IMG/VR virus record: IMGVR_UViG_3300020045_017587
Location: 1 to 24,400 of that record
Reading direction: 5' to 3' (one strand)
Length of the DNA stretch: 24,400 nt
Source of the DNA: a virus
Taxonomy: Duplodnaviria; Caudoviricetes
The notes beneath the pieces are model-generated. The model worked only from the letters and a program-made list of their open reading frames with translations, had not been told where the DNA came from and did no database searches. Below, one piece after another: positions 17,066-24,400 of this stretch; within the stretch, counting starts at the first letter, position 1, and each line of letters begins with the position of its first letter. A program made the translations under genes and the position numbers.

Positions 17066-17575
17066 TTAATCTCCACTTGAAAAATTATGCTTGGCTATCT
17101 CGGCAATCGCCATTTTGAGGAACTTTTCTGATTTTTTCTGCGCTTTGATCAATTCCAGAAAATCTGCCCGATGGTCGTGGCAATCGTTCTCCAAGGCCCT
17201 TTCGATAACCGCGGACATTTCGTTAATGGAGTTATGATTGCCTTCGGAGTCGAACAGTATTTCACGCACATCTATCAGGGTTCTCCGGTATTGGTGATTG
17301 GTTTCGTCCAACTGGAGAGCTTCGCGTGAAATCAACTGGCAGTTTTTTACCCAAAGCGCCATTTCGTTCTGGACCTCGATTAAGAGTGTTGTTTCCGAAC
17401 GGTGAATATCTGCCCCGGTTTTTTCAATGTCAATCGCGGTTTTTTGCCGGGCTTTCCGGTCAAAAACCCATTTCAAAAAAGCTCCAAAAAAAAGAAATCC
17501 GGCACTTAACAAAATTTTCAAATAAGTGTCCTGACTGATTAAATTTTCAACTTGAAATAAAAATCCTGGGAACAT
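17066..17575 (-). CDS. Single-TM coiled-coil protein of the lysis region
   Basis: Hydrophobic ILLSAGFLFFGAFLKWVF, then a basic patch and a helical domain. Confidence 0.6.
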   Translation of the reverse strand: MFPGFLFQVENLISQDTYLKILLSAGFLFFGAFLKWVFDRKARQKTAIDIEKTGADIHRSETTLLIEVQNEMALWVKNCQLISREALQLDETNHQYRRTLIDVREILFDSEGNHNSINEMSAVIERALENDCHDHRADFLELIKAQKKSEKFLKMAIAEIAKHNFSSGD

Positions 17576-17578
17576 TTT

Positions 17579-17992
17579 TTACCTCAGACTGTTTATCTGT
17601 TTCAATTTTTCCTGGGTGGCTAGAATGCTGCGCCACAAATTATCAATCCGCTCAGGCAATGCTGCTTCCGCCCCGGAAATCTCAATTGCCTGTAAATTGA
17701 TTTTTTCAATTCTTTTGCGGGTCCGACGAAACACTAAGAGCCACGAACCGCACCAAAAAAAGATTGCCGCGAACAAAGACAGATTAAACGTAAGTTTTAA
17801 TATTAACCCTAAAAAAACTGTTCCGATAATAATTACGCAGTAAAACCCTAGCGCGTTGCGTAATCGGTATAAAAGCCTGGTTGATTGCAGCTTGAGGCGA
17901 TCTGCCAGAAGGTTTATTTCAAATGAACATAAAAAAATAAACAATCCGAGTAGAATTTTAAGACTGGTATCAATAATTGTGACTAATTCCAT
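17579..17992 (-). CDS. Three-TM membrane protein, holin candidate
   Basis: Three hydrophobic segments followed by RRTRKR; lies in the lysis region. Confidence 0.55.
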   Translation of the reverse strand: MELVTIIDTSLKILLGLFIFLCSFEINLLADRLKLQSTRLLYRLRNALGFYCVIIIGTVFLGLILKLTFNLSLFAAIFFWCGSWLLVFRRTRKRIEKINLQAIEISGAEAALPERIDNLWRSILATQEKLKQINSLR

Positions 17993-18108
17993 AATGGATC
18001 ACTCTTTTTGGGAGAATGTTTTAATTTAGATTAATGTTTTGCCGGAGCCCCTTGAAGACCCCGGCTTTCTTTAAACAAAAAAAATAAAATTTCAGGCTCT
18101 TTAGAAAT

Positions 18109-18267
18109 TTATTCGAGTCTGACGATATCCGGTGCAGGGTGAGTAGCAGAATTGTTTGACACATTATCCTTTCGTATAATATCGTTTGGCGGGCTGGCTG
18201 CGGGAGCTGCGATCGTCGAGAGAATTCCGACGATGAACGCAAAGACTAAAATTGTTAAATTTTTCAT
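18109..18267 (-). CDS. Small secreted peptide (52 aa)
   Basis: ATG 18267 with AAGGCAGG SD; signal peptide MKNLTILVFAFIVGILSTIAAPA and a ~30-aa mature part. Confidence 0.65.
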   Translation of the reverse strand: MKNLTILVFAFIVGILSTIAAPAASPPNDIIRKDNVSNNSATHPAPDIVRLE

Positions 18268-18410
18268 ATTTAACCTGCCTTTCTCGAATTTCACCATTTG
18301 ACATGATGACGTTATAAAATTCTGAAATATCCGAGGATTCTGCCCAGAATGAAAATTTCCACCATCGACGGGCTCTCCGTCAATTAAAAATATGGGGATA
18401 ACGTAAATCA

Positions 18411-18743
18411 TTAAAATCTTATTGAAATAATCCCCCATAAAAATCTTATCTGCCGACCTTGTTTCTTTTCATAGATGCGAATCAACTTGTCCTGTTCGGC
18501 AATGGTCGCCTCCCGCTTTTTAATTAATTCCAGATTGACCGCATCCAGTTGTTTGCGGGCCTCGAGTTCGGCATTTTTCGTGGCAATTAGTTCATCTTTC
18601 GCTTTGTCAATATCCAAGAGTTTATTTATGATTTTGCTTGCTTCCGTGAGCTTAGAATTGCAATCGTCAATGGTCGAGCAGTTCTGAGCGGAAATGCCAA
18701 CTGACAAAAGAAAAATAAAAATGATGGTGATTAGAAATTTCAT
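18411..18743 (-). CDS. Secreted coiled-coil protein in the outer-spanin position
   Basis: ATGA overlap with the upstream gene, a Sec signal ending ISA, two Cys, a coiled coil and the C-terminus IRFLWGIISIRF. Confidence 0.6.
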   Translation of the reverse strand: MKFLITIIFIFLLSVGISAQNCSTIDDCNSKLTEASKIINKLLDIDKAKDELIATKNAELEARKQLDAVNLELIKKREATIAEQDKLIRIYEKKQGRQIRFLWGIISIRF

Positions 18744-19117
18744 AAACAACCTTCCGGGTATTTCTCACAGAATCTTTTTCTTTGCTCTGAATAATTCCCG
18801 TCAAATTCGTCTAAGTTCTGCTTTTTAACATTCTCTAAAGCCTGATTCACCTTGTTTGAATTGCCTTCTATTTTGTTGATATTCTGCCGAATTTGGTTAG
18901 CAGTATTTTTCAACATATTGCCTTCTATCTGGTCAATCGTGATATTGGTCTTAATATCGTCAATCTTTTTTTGCTGACGGGCAGACTGACAACTTTTAAT
19001 GCCGCCGAATATCAGCAAACCTAAAATTATCAAACCAAGTGAAATTGGAATTATCGGAAATGCTATACAAAAGCCGTATAGATTCGCTAACCAAAGTTTG
19101 ATGCGTGCCCAATTCAT
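18740..19117 (-). CDS. Inner-membrane spanin-like protein
   Basis: N-terminal TM, long coiled coil and C-terminal Cys pair (FCEKYPEGCL); downstream of the endolysin. Confidence 0.6.
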   Translation of the reverse strand: MNWARIKLWLANLYGFCIAFPIIPISLGLIILGLLIFGGIKSCQSARQQKKIDDIKTNITIDQIEGNMLKNTANQIRQNINKIEGNSNKVNQALENVKKQNLDEFDGNYSEQRKRFCEKYPEGCL

Positions 19118-19302
19118 TTTTCCTCAAATCTATTCTCAAAAAACGCGAATTTTGCGATAAATTCAATTTTACAATCTTTACAAAATATTTTTACTTTTAT
19201 CAAATTTCTGCTCATTTCGATCTGTTCTGTTTGCTCCGTGTTCCATTTATCGCACTTTGGGCACTCCTGAGCGTTTGAATTTGTGTAAATTAAAGTTGGC
19301 AT
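19114..19302 (-). CDS. Small zinc-ribbon protein
   Basis: CPKC...CKDC; start and stop codons overlap both neighbours. Confidence 0.65.
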   Translation of the reverse strand: MPTLIYTNSNAQECPKCDKWNTEQTEQIEMSRNLIKVKIFCKDCKIEFIAKFAFFENRFEEK

Positions 19303-19550
19303 TATTTCTCTAAAAGCTCCTTCAAATCCTCAAAATCCTTTCTCACAAATTCGCTCCTGAAAGCAACGGTTTCCTCAAGTGCAGGTATTAGTTTGGCAAT
19401 AACCTCTTTTAGTTTTGCCAGCTCCCGGCGTTCGGTGTTGACGGTAACTTCGGTCGAGCCTTCGGGATTCGCCATAGCATCTGCTTTAGGAACAACCCGC
19501 CCGTCTTTGACCGATAAATTCATAGTTCTTTTCTTTCTGTGAACTGCCAT
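19302..19550 (-). CDS. Hypothetical protein
   Basis: GAGG SD, fills the operon gap, C-terminal amphipathic helices. Confidence 0.65.
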   Translation of the reverse strand: MAVHRKKRTMNLSVKDGRVVPKADAMANPEGSTEVTVNTERRELAKLKEVIAKLIPALEETVAFRSEFVRKDFEDLKELLEK

Positions 19551-19573
19551 AATTACCTCAACTTCCGCCTTGT

Positions 19574-20626
19574 TTAGGAAGGCTTTATTTCGACGTTATT
19601 TTTATCCTTACTTCCCGCCATCCAGATTTGGAGCAGTAAAGTTAATTGTTTAAAGGCTTTTTTAATGCCTAAAAGGAAAATAATCACGGTCACGATCCAC
19701 AAAACATACTTTTGGTTTTCCCTGACCATATTGAACACAAACTCCCCGATTTGGGCCGCTGAAATAAAACCTTTCTCGACAAGATCTGTGACCATTTTTA
19801 CTATCACGGCCACAAAACCCGGCAGGACGATCCCGCCGATGGTCAATTGCGTGGCTGTGGCGGTGGAACCTTCTTTGGCGGGAGCTGTGACGGTTTCAGT
19901 TTTACCCGGTTCGGGCGGCGCGGTGGAAGTTTCCACTTTGACCTCTCCCGATTCCGACACTTCCACTTTGGTAGTTTCCTGAACCACAGGCTGCACAGCC
20001 TCAAGTTTTTGGGCGTCAATTACCAAACCCACATTTTCGGGTGTTACCTCATCACAATTAAAATTCTCTTTTCTGAACTTTTCGTAAAAATTTTTCATTT
20101 TTACGTCGTATTGATTTATCTTGTAGTTTTTGCCGTTGTAGCCACGGGCGAAACCCGCCCAATCGCCACGCCGGAGTTCATCATCAAGATTGTTTTGGAT
20201 GACAAAATTACAGAAAGCTTTGAGATGATTGCCTTCATTAACCTTCATCGCGTCCACAAAATCATTGACGGAAGTAAACCCGCAAATTCCGTGATTAAAT
20301 CCCATTATCTGGAATTTCCCCCAACTACATGACATCATGGCGGCTTTCGGATTTAGCGCAAAGGCTTCGGTAAAACGGATGTATTCTTTTTCGTTCCCGT
20401 AATAACCGCCCGCCTTCGGATTGGAAATTTGGGGATATTCGGCATCAAATTTATGGTTAGTGAGTCTTGCGAAATGATGTCTCTCGAACAAAATTTTGAC
20501 CTTTCCTGAAAGTAGGAATCCGCTTCCGGCCGATTCGACGGTTGCCACGGCGCGGATTTTTGCCACCTCACAATTGAGTGCTTTAGCGGCATCACAATAA
20601 TCTTTTAGGCTTAAAAATTTACTCAT
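19574..20626 (-). CDS. Endolysin: N-acetylmuramidase (DUF3380-type) with C-terminal membrane segments
   Basis: VESAGSGF, KILFERH, SWGKFQIMGFNH and DWAGFARGYNG..N.YD motifs. Likely start ATG 20626; hydrophobic C-terminal helices. Confidence 0.92.
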   Translation of the reverse strand: MSKFLSLKDYCDAAKALNCEVAKIRAVATVESAGSGFLLSGKVKILFERHHFARLTNHKFDAEYPQISNPKAGGYYGNEKEYIRFTEAFALNPKAAMMSCSWGKFQIMGFNHGICGFTSVNDFVDAMKVNEGNHLKAFCNFVIQNNLDDELRRGDWAGFARGYNGKNYKINQYDVKMKNFYEKFRKENFNCDEVTPENVGLVIDAQKLEAVQPVVQETTKVEVSESGEVKVETSTAPPEPGKTETVTAPAKEGSTATATQLTIGGIVLPGFVAVIVKMVTDLVEKGFISAAQIGEFVFNMVRENQKYVLWIVTVIIFLLGIKKAFKQLTLLLQIWMAGSKDKNNVEIKPS

Positions 20627-20664
20627 GAATTCACCGTTAATCTGAAACTCCCTGTTTTTACCCC

Positions 20665-20713
20665 AAAAATAAAAGCCGTGAAGACCTTCTTTTTTTAAAA
20701 AGATGTTCACGGC
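20665..20713 (-). terminator. Intrinsic terminator in late leader copy 2
   Basis: Stem GCCGTGAA-C-ATCTTTTT / AAGAAGGT-C-TTCACGGC followed by TTTTATTTTT. Confidence 0.85.
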
Positions 20714-20751
20714 GATAACGTGCGCGGCATAACGCCACTAATCTAAATTGT
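20665..20751 (-). ncRNA. Conserved structured late leader RNA, copy 2
   Basis: Homologous to 12075..12163. Confidence 0.7.
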
Positions 20752-20758
20752 CAGAACT

Positions 20759-20787
20759 AAAATAATCGAAATTAATGCGATTTGCAA
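20759..20787 (-). promoter_or_regulatory. Sigma70-type promoter for the lysis/packaging genes
   Basis: TTGCAA-17-TATTTT, then 7 nt, then ACAATTT; the -10 to start distance is the same as in copy 1. Confidence 0.65.
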
Positions 20788-20803
20788 TAAATTCCGTTTT
20801 ATA

Positions 20804-21031
20804 TCAGTACTTCCTCTGGTAAATGATAACATTCCGATCCGGAGGCGAATTATTCTGCCCGATAAATCTCCGTCGCCGGTGCCAAAGTAAAACTTTGTTG
20901 CAGTTCGGGCAATCAAACCTTTGCCCGTCCAGTTCGGGATTGATCACCCGTTGTTCCAGATAAACAAATTGACCGTCTGTTTCATAGACAAATTCGTCGC
21001 ACCGCGGACAGCAAACCCATTTTTTTTTCAT
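20804..21031 (-). CDS. Zinc-ribbon protein (Com/Ogr-like size), candidate late regulator
   Basis: CPRC...CPNC followed by WHRRRRF; lies immediately upstream of the late promoter. Confidence 0.7.
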   Translation of the reverse strand: MKKKWVCCPRCDEFVYETDGQFVYLEQRVINPELDGQRFDCPNCNKVLLWHRRRRFIGQNNSPPDRNVIIYQRKY

Positions 21032-21037
21032 TACAGG

Positions 21038-21068
21038 AGAAAGAATTCCGCTTTGAAAACAAACGGAA
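21038..21068 (-). terminator. Terminator-like hairpin just before the Zn-ribbon start codon
   Basis: TTCCGTTTG-TTTT-CAAAGCGGAA followed by TTCTTTCT. Confidence 0.5.
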
Positions 21069-21151
21069 AGATCAATAAATATTCAGTTGATTTTTATTGA
21101 TTGAGGGGTGTGATGATATTACCAAAATTTAGAGTTTTGGGAAAGTGGGAA

Positions 21152-21331
21152 TTATTTTGCTTTTAATTTTCTTTCAATTGTTTCCAACGCTAATTCCACA
21201 ATTCGGTTAATCGGCAGTTTGTCGGCTTCCCATCGATAGACGGTATTTTGTTTGACATCCAACAACTCAGCCAATTTTGTTTGGGTAAGTTCTAATCTTT
21301 CTCTTAACTTTCTTAATTCTGCACCTTTCAT
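21152..21331 (-). CDS. XRE/Cro-family HTH regulator (59 aa, not in the ORF track)
   Basis: Hand translation: MKGAELRKLRERLELTQTKLAELLDVKQNTVYRWEADKLPINRIVELALETIERKLKAK. No SD, so possibly leaderless. Confidence 0.92.
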   Translation of the reverse strand: MKGAELRKLRERLELTQTKLAELLDVKQNTVYRWEADKLPINRIVELALETIERKLKAK

Positions 21332-21364
21332 ACTTAAAGATAAATAACATAATTTTTTTAATAA

Positions 21365-21434
21365 ATCTACTAAAAGTAGTAAATAATCCTTGACTTACTA
21401 CTTAAAGTCGTATAATATACTACTTAAGGTAGTA
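21365..21434 (+). promoter_or_regulatory. Promoter with three palindromic operators (TACTAC-N5-GTAGTA)
   Basis: Operators at 21365-21381, 21396-21412 and 21418-21434 (the last is perfect). The promoter TTGACT-17-TAATAT has operator 2 as its spacer; a TATAAT overlaps the -10. Confidence 0.88.
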
Positions 21435-21455
21435 AAACAAAGGAGAAATAAACAA

Positions 21456-22004
21456 ATGATGAACAACCAACCAAAACAACTAACTAAATTAGAAATCGGT
21501 GATGAAATCGGTTTCGTGACCTTAGCCCAAAATGTTGACGAAAATGACCGCGTGGTTTTCTTTCCAGTGGTTGAAGTAACCAGCCGCGACGGCGAACGTG
21601 CTTATCGTTATCAATATCCAGACGGAAATATTTCGGGCGTGGCAATCAAAGAATCGAATCTTGATAACTACACAATCAAAATCCACCGGTGCGAGGTTAT
21701 CGCACCACAAGTCGAAAATGTTCCAAATTTAGCAATTTGCCTAAATGACCGCAAAGACGAATTTAAATCAGCCCTTAAACGCGGGGCCGAAGAAAATCTC
21801 GAAGTTTTTGCCGGTTGGGACAGAGACACTTTTCACGTTGTCAATAAAACCAACGGTTCGGACTATCGCGTCGAGTTTGAAACGGTTGACGGGAGGATTT
21901 ACGCCGAATGCGAATGCAAAGATTTCATTTTTCGGAAGCGCGTGTGTAAGCACATTTCGGCCACCCTTCAAGAACAATTTTTCGGCATCAGCTTGGCGGT
22001 TTAA
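21456..22004 (+). CDS. SWIM zinc-finger protein
   Basis: C-terminal YRVEF..CECKDF....VCKHI motif; AGGAGA SD before ATG 21456. Confidence 0.88.
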   Translation: MMNNQPKQLTKLEIGDEIGFVTLAQNVDENDRVVFFPVVEVTSRDGERAYRYQYPDGNISGVAIKESNLDNYTIKIHRCEVIAPQVENVPNLAICLNDRKDEFKSALKRGAEENLEVFAGWDRDTFHVVNKTNGSDYRVEFETVDGRIYAECECKDFIFRKRVCKHISATLQEQFFGISLAV

Positions 22005-22035
22005 TCACCGCCTTCAAAATCAGGAGGAAAATTTT

Positions 22036-22239
22036 ATGAGTATGACAAAACGAGAATTTCACGATGAAATTTGTGAAATGTATGGGAACACTGACGAAGC
22101 CGAATATTGGGTAATTCCTGAAATGGATGAAACCGAAATTGACTGGTTTTCAGATTTTCGCCTTGCTCACGACGGCTACGGCGAATTTGATAAAGTAACC
22201 TTTTCCACCGATACGACGACATTCCATTTTGATAGGTAG
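22036..22239 (+). CDS. Small highly acidic protein (67 aa)
   Basis: AGGAGG SD before ATG 22036; about 18 D/E versus 5 K/R by hand count. Confidence 0.78.
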   Translation: MSMTKREFHDEICEMYGNTDEAEYWVIPEMDETEIDWFSDFRLAHDGYGEFDKVTFSTDTTTFHFDR

Positions 22240-22273
22240 TTCTGACTCCTACTTAAAATAGGTAGTTCTGACT
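22232..22273 (+). repeat. 16-bp direct repeat ATAGGTAGTTCTGACT, two copies
   Basis: Copies at 22232-22247 and 22258-22273. Confidence 0.85.
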
Positions 22274-22368
22274 TCCTTTTTGGTAAGCATAAAAAGATCA
22301 GAAACACCACAAAATTTCCATTTTATATAATTTGCGTATTTTGGAATTTTTTCAGTTTTAAATCCCCA

Positions 22369-22400
22369 TTGTGCAAATATTGTGTAAATGAGGTGTAAAT
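22369..22400 (+). repeat. Probable integrase arm-type sites, left of the core
   Basis: TTGTGCAAAT, TTGTGTAAAT and AGGTGTAAAT at an 11-bp period. Confidence 0.75.
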
Positions 22401-22504
22401 GACCTTGAATTTTATCGATTGAGTGAAAGTGGGTTTTGAGGGTTTTGTAAGTAGATAAAGGTAAACGCATCTTGCGGGTGCCGGGTAAAAGTCACCTCCG
22501 AACA

Positions 22505-22546
<42 letters not shown>

Positions 22547-22552
22547 TAATCA

Positions 22553-22565
22553 AATCAACAACTTA
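22553..22565 (+). promoter_or_regulatory. IHF consensus site
   Basis: AATCAACAACTTA matches WATCAANNNNTTR and lies between the core and the right arm sites. Confidence 0.7.
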
Positions 22566-22595
22566 CAGCCACAAAAACCACCTGCTAAAACCCGG

Positions 22596-22616
22596 TTGTG
22601 CAAAAATTGTGCAAAT
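22596..22616 (+). repeat. Probable integrase arm-type sites, right of the core
   Basis: TTGTGCAAAA and TTGTGCAAAT at an 11-bp period; same motif as on the left. Confidence 0.75.
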
Positions 22617-22642
22617 TCCTGAATTTTAAGCAGATTTTAAGC

Positions 22643-23824
22643 TTAATTCGACTTTTTCTGAAGGTTGCTCCGCATCGCCTCGGCAAAGGCATTGACGACG
22701 AATTGTTTCCTTTCCTCGGAAACGTGGGCGTAAACGTCTGCGGTCACGCGAATTGAACTATGGCCGAGAAGCTCTGAAATGTCTTTGAGGTTTCCGCCGG
22801 CTTCGAGCGCGTAGGTCGCAAAAGCATGGCGGAGTGAATAGGGCGTGATCGGGCTCGGGTTTTCTTCGGTCGAGAGCCCGGCTTCCTCCAACAGAGTTTT
22901 AAAATGCCGGTAAAGATTCGACCCGCGCATCGGGGTTCCAAAACGTGAGGGAAAGACCAGATCGTTTTTCGACCACCGGCGGATCTTTAGTTGGTATTCG
23001 AGTTGCGTCCGGCGATGGGCTTTGAGAAGCTCGACGATTTCCGGATAAAGCGGAAGAGTGCGTTTTGATTTTTCGGTTTTTGGGGTCTCGTAACGAATGA
23101 CCCCTTTTTTTAATTCGACCTGGACGCGGGTGATCTTCCAGACGCCTTGATTTAAATCCAGATCAGACCAGCGCATTGCCAGGTATTCCTCGGGACGAGC
23201 TCCCGTGTAGGCCACTAATTTCCAAAGGGCTTGTTCTTTCGGGTTTCGACACGCCGCGAAAATGGTGTTCAATTCTTCCCTGGTCGGGATGACGGGCTTT
23301 TTCGGGCTGCCGGTCGGGGGGCGGACGGAATTGGCCGGATTGCGGCTGATCACTTCCAAGCCGAAATAATAATCGAGACACGCTTTCATTATTATATGGG
23401 GCTTGCGGATGGTCACCGGTGAGAAACCGTCCAGGTTCATCTTATTATAAAGGTTCTGCAAATCCGCGGGCTTGACGTTAACCACCAGTTTGGTTCCAAA
23501 AGCGGGGCGGACATAACGCCTCAGAACATCCTTGTACCCCTCAAAGGTTCTCTCCTTAACATTGAATTTGACGTAACCTTCGAGCCACTCGTCGAGCGCC
23601 TGATTAACGGTGAGAAATTTTTCGGGATTTTTTTCGATCTCGCCAATTTGCTTGAGTAGTTGATCACGGTAAATTTGAGCATCTTCAAGTGTGCCATCGA
23701 AGGTTTCAAAATGCGAACTTCTCCGACCATCCAAACCCGTTTGGATCCTGATCTGAAAACGGTTCTCCTCAACCTGAGTGATTTGACCCTTTCTTTTGCG
23801 TCCCATTGCACACATTTTTATCAC
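22643..23824 (-). CDS. int: Tyrosine integrase
   Basis: N-terminal arm-binding region, SAM-like domain, TGARPEE, PKT, YSLRH, LLGHS and VYAH motifs. The start could be 23815 or 23806. Confidence 0.96.
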   Translation of the reverse strand: MIKMCAMGRKRKGQITQVEENRFQIRIQTGLDGRRSSHFETFDGTLEDAQIYRDQLLKQIGEIEKNPEKFLTVNQALDEWLEGYVKFNVKERTFEGYKDVLRRYVRPAFGTKLVVNVKPADLQNLYNKMNLDGFSPVTIRKPHIIMKACLDYYFGLEVISRNPANSVRPPTGSPKKPVIPTREELNTIFAACRNPKEQALWKLVAYTGARPEEYLAMRWSDLDLNQGVWKITRVQVELKKGVIRYETPKTEKSKRTLPLYPEIVELLKAHRRTQLEYQLKIRRWSKNDLVFPSRFGTPMRGSNLYRHFKTLLEEAGLSTEENPSPITPYSLRHAFATYALEAGGNLKDISELLGHSSIRVTADVYAHVSEERKQFVVNAFAEAMRSNLQKKSN

Positions 23825-24225
23825 TATCTCCAGGTTCGGGCAAGTTTTTCTTTTGTTTTGTCATTAATCGAAACAACGGATTGTTTAGCCGATTTATCTT
23901 CCTTAGGCTGTTTAACATCCGCCGGCTCTTTATTTCCGGTGCATTTGCCGCAGGGGAACTCCTGGCCGGTCAGGACCCACTCAATGAGCAAGGGCTTGAA
24001 AAACCTGTATTCCCTGCCCAAATGCGAATGAGGCATCCCGGTTTGGGCCATCCGGTAAATTTTGGAAAGCTCGACCCGAAACGCACCGGCTAATTCCTCG
24101 GGCAAAATCGAATCCTCGGGCAAACCGGACAAAAGTTGGGTTGGCGAATATAATTCCTTAAAAACTTCGCGAGCGCAAGATTTAATTTCTTCGTGTATGA
24201 TCATCGGTAAATCATTTAATCCCAT
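23824..24225 (-). CDS. xis: Excisionase-like HTH protein
   Basis: ILPEELAGAFRVELSKIYRMAQTGMPHSHLGREYRF..LIEW winged-HTH pattern, directly upstream of int. Confidence 0.72.
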   Translation of the reverse strand: MGLNDLPMIIHEEIKSCAREVFKELYSPTQLLSGLPEDSILPEELAGAFRVELSKIYRMAQTGMPHSHLGREYRFFKPLLIEWVLTGQEFPCGKCTGNKEPADVKQPKEDKSAKQSVVSINDKTKEKLARTWR

Positions 24226-24230
24226 AATAA

Positions 24231-24400
24231 TTACTTCCCTTTTTTAGTAAATTCCCTGGCATACGAACAATTTACGTAATGACTGATGTAAAGATTCTTA
24301 TTTTCCTGCCGGGCAAATTCAATTTCCGTTTTTGTGGCAAAACGATAAATGCCTTTGTTCCGATCAATAACCAGATTCCCTTTTTCGTGAGGTTTGACTT
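24231..24400 (-). CDS. Partial hypothetical phage protein, 5' end outside the window
   Basis: Hand translation: ...VKPHEKGNLVIDRNKGIYRFATKTEIEFARQENKNLYISHYVNCSYAREFTKKGK*. Confidence 0.65.
   Translation of the reverse strand, partial: VKPHEKGNLVIDRNKGIYRFATKTEIEFARQENKNLYISHYVNCSYAREFTKKGK

Noticed and set aside
21390-22035. Upstream starts at 21390 and 21745 in the ORF track
   Set aside because: They run through the promoter/operators or the SWIM gene; strong SDs support starts at 21456 and 22036.
22825-22845. Integrase YSLRH in place of HxLRH as a sign of inactivation
   Set aside because: Substitution at this His is common in tyrosine recombinases, and the catalytic Arg, Arg, His and Tyr residues are intact.

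Overview
The window is part of a temperate siphovirus genome, seen in its excised or circular form. A tyrosine integrase and a probable excisionase sit next to an attP site built on the 3' half of a tRNA-Cys(GCA), with phage genes on both sides. Reading the minus strand from right to left: xis, int, attP, a divergent HTH / SWIM-finger / acidic-protein module, a Zn-ribbon gene, lysis genes (DUF3380-type muramidase, spanin-like and holin-like genes), two DUF6527-like genes, terS, terL, portal, scaffold, decoration protein, capsid, neck genes, an inserted fibre cassette, two tail-tube paralogues, a -1 frameshifted chaperone pair, an HK97 gp10-like gene and a truncated tape measure. The most notable signals are three. 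(1) Two copies of a conserved promoter + ~88-nt structured leader + intrinsic terminator lie in front of the lysis/packaging genes and the head/tail genes, and a Com-like Zn-ribbon gene with an Arg cluster occupies the position of lambda Q; this is a candidate undescribed late antitermination switch. (2) A fibre cassette is bracketed by a domain-extended tail terminator gene and a collapsed relic of an unfused terminator gene, and its proteins share possible docking domains. (3) Several lysis-region genes are unusual. All family assignments come from motifs recognised by eye; no database search was run. The host is probably a diderm bacterium (inference).
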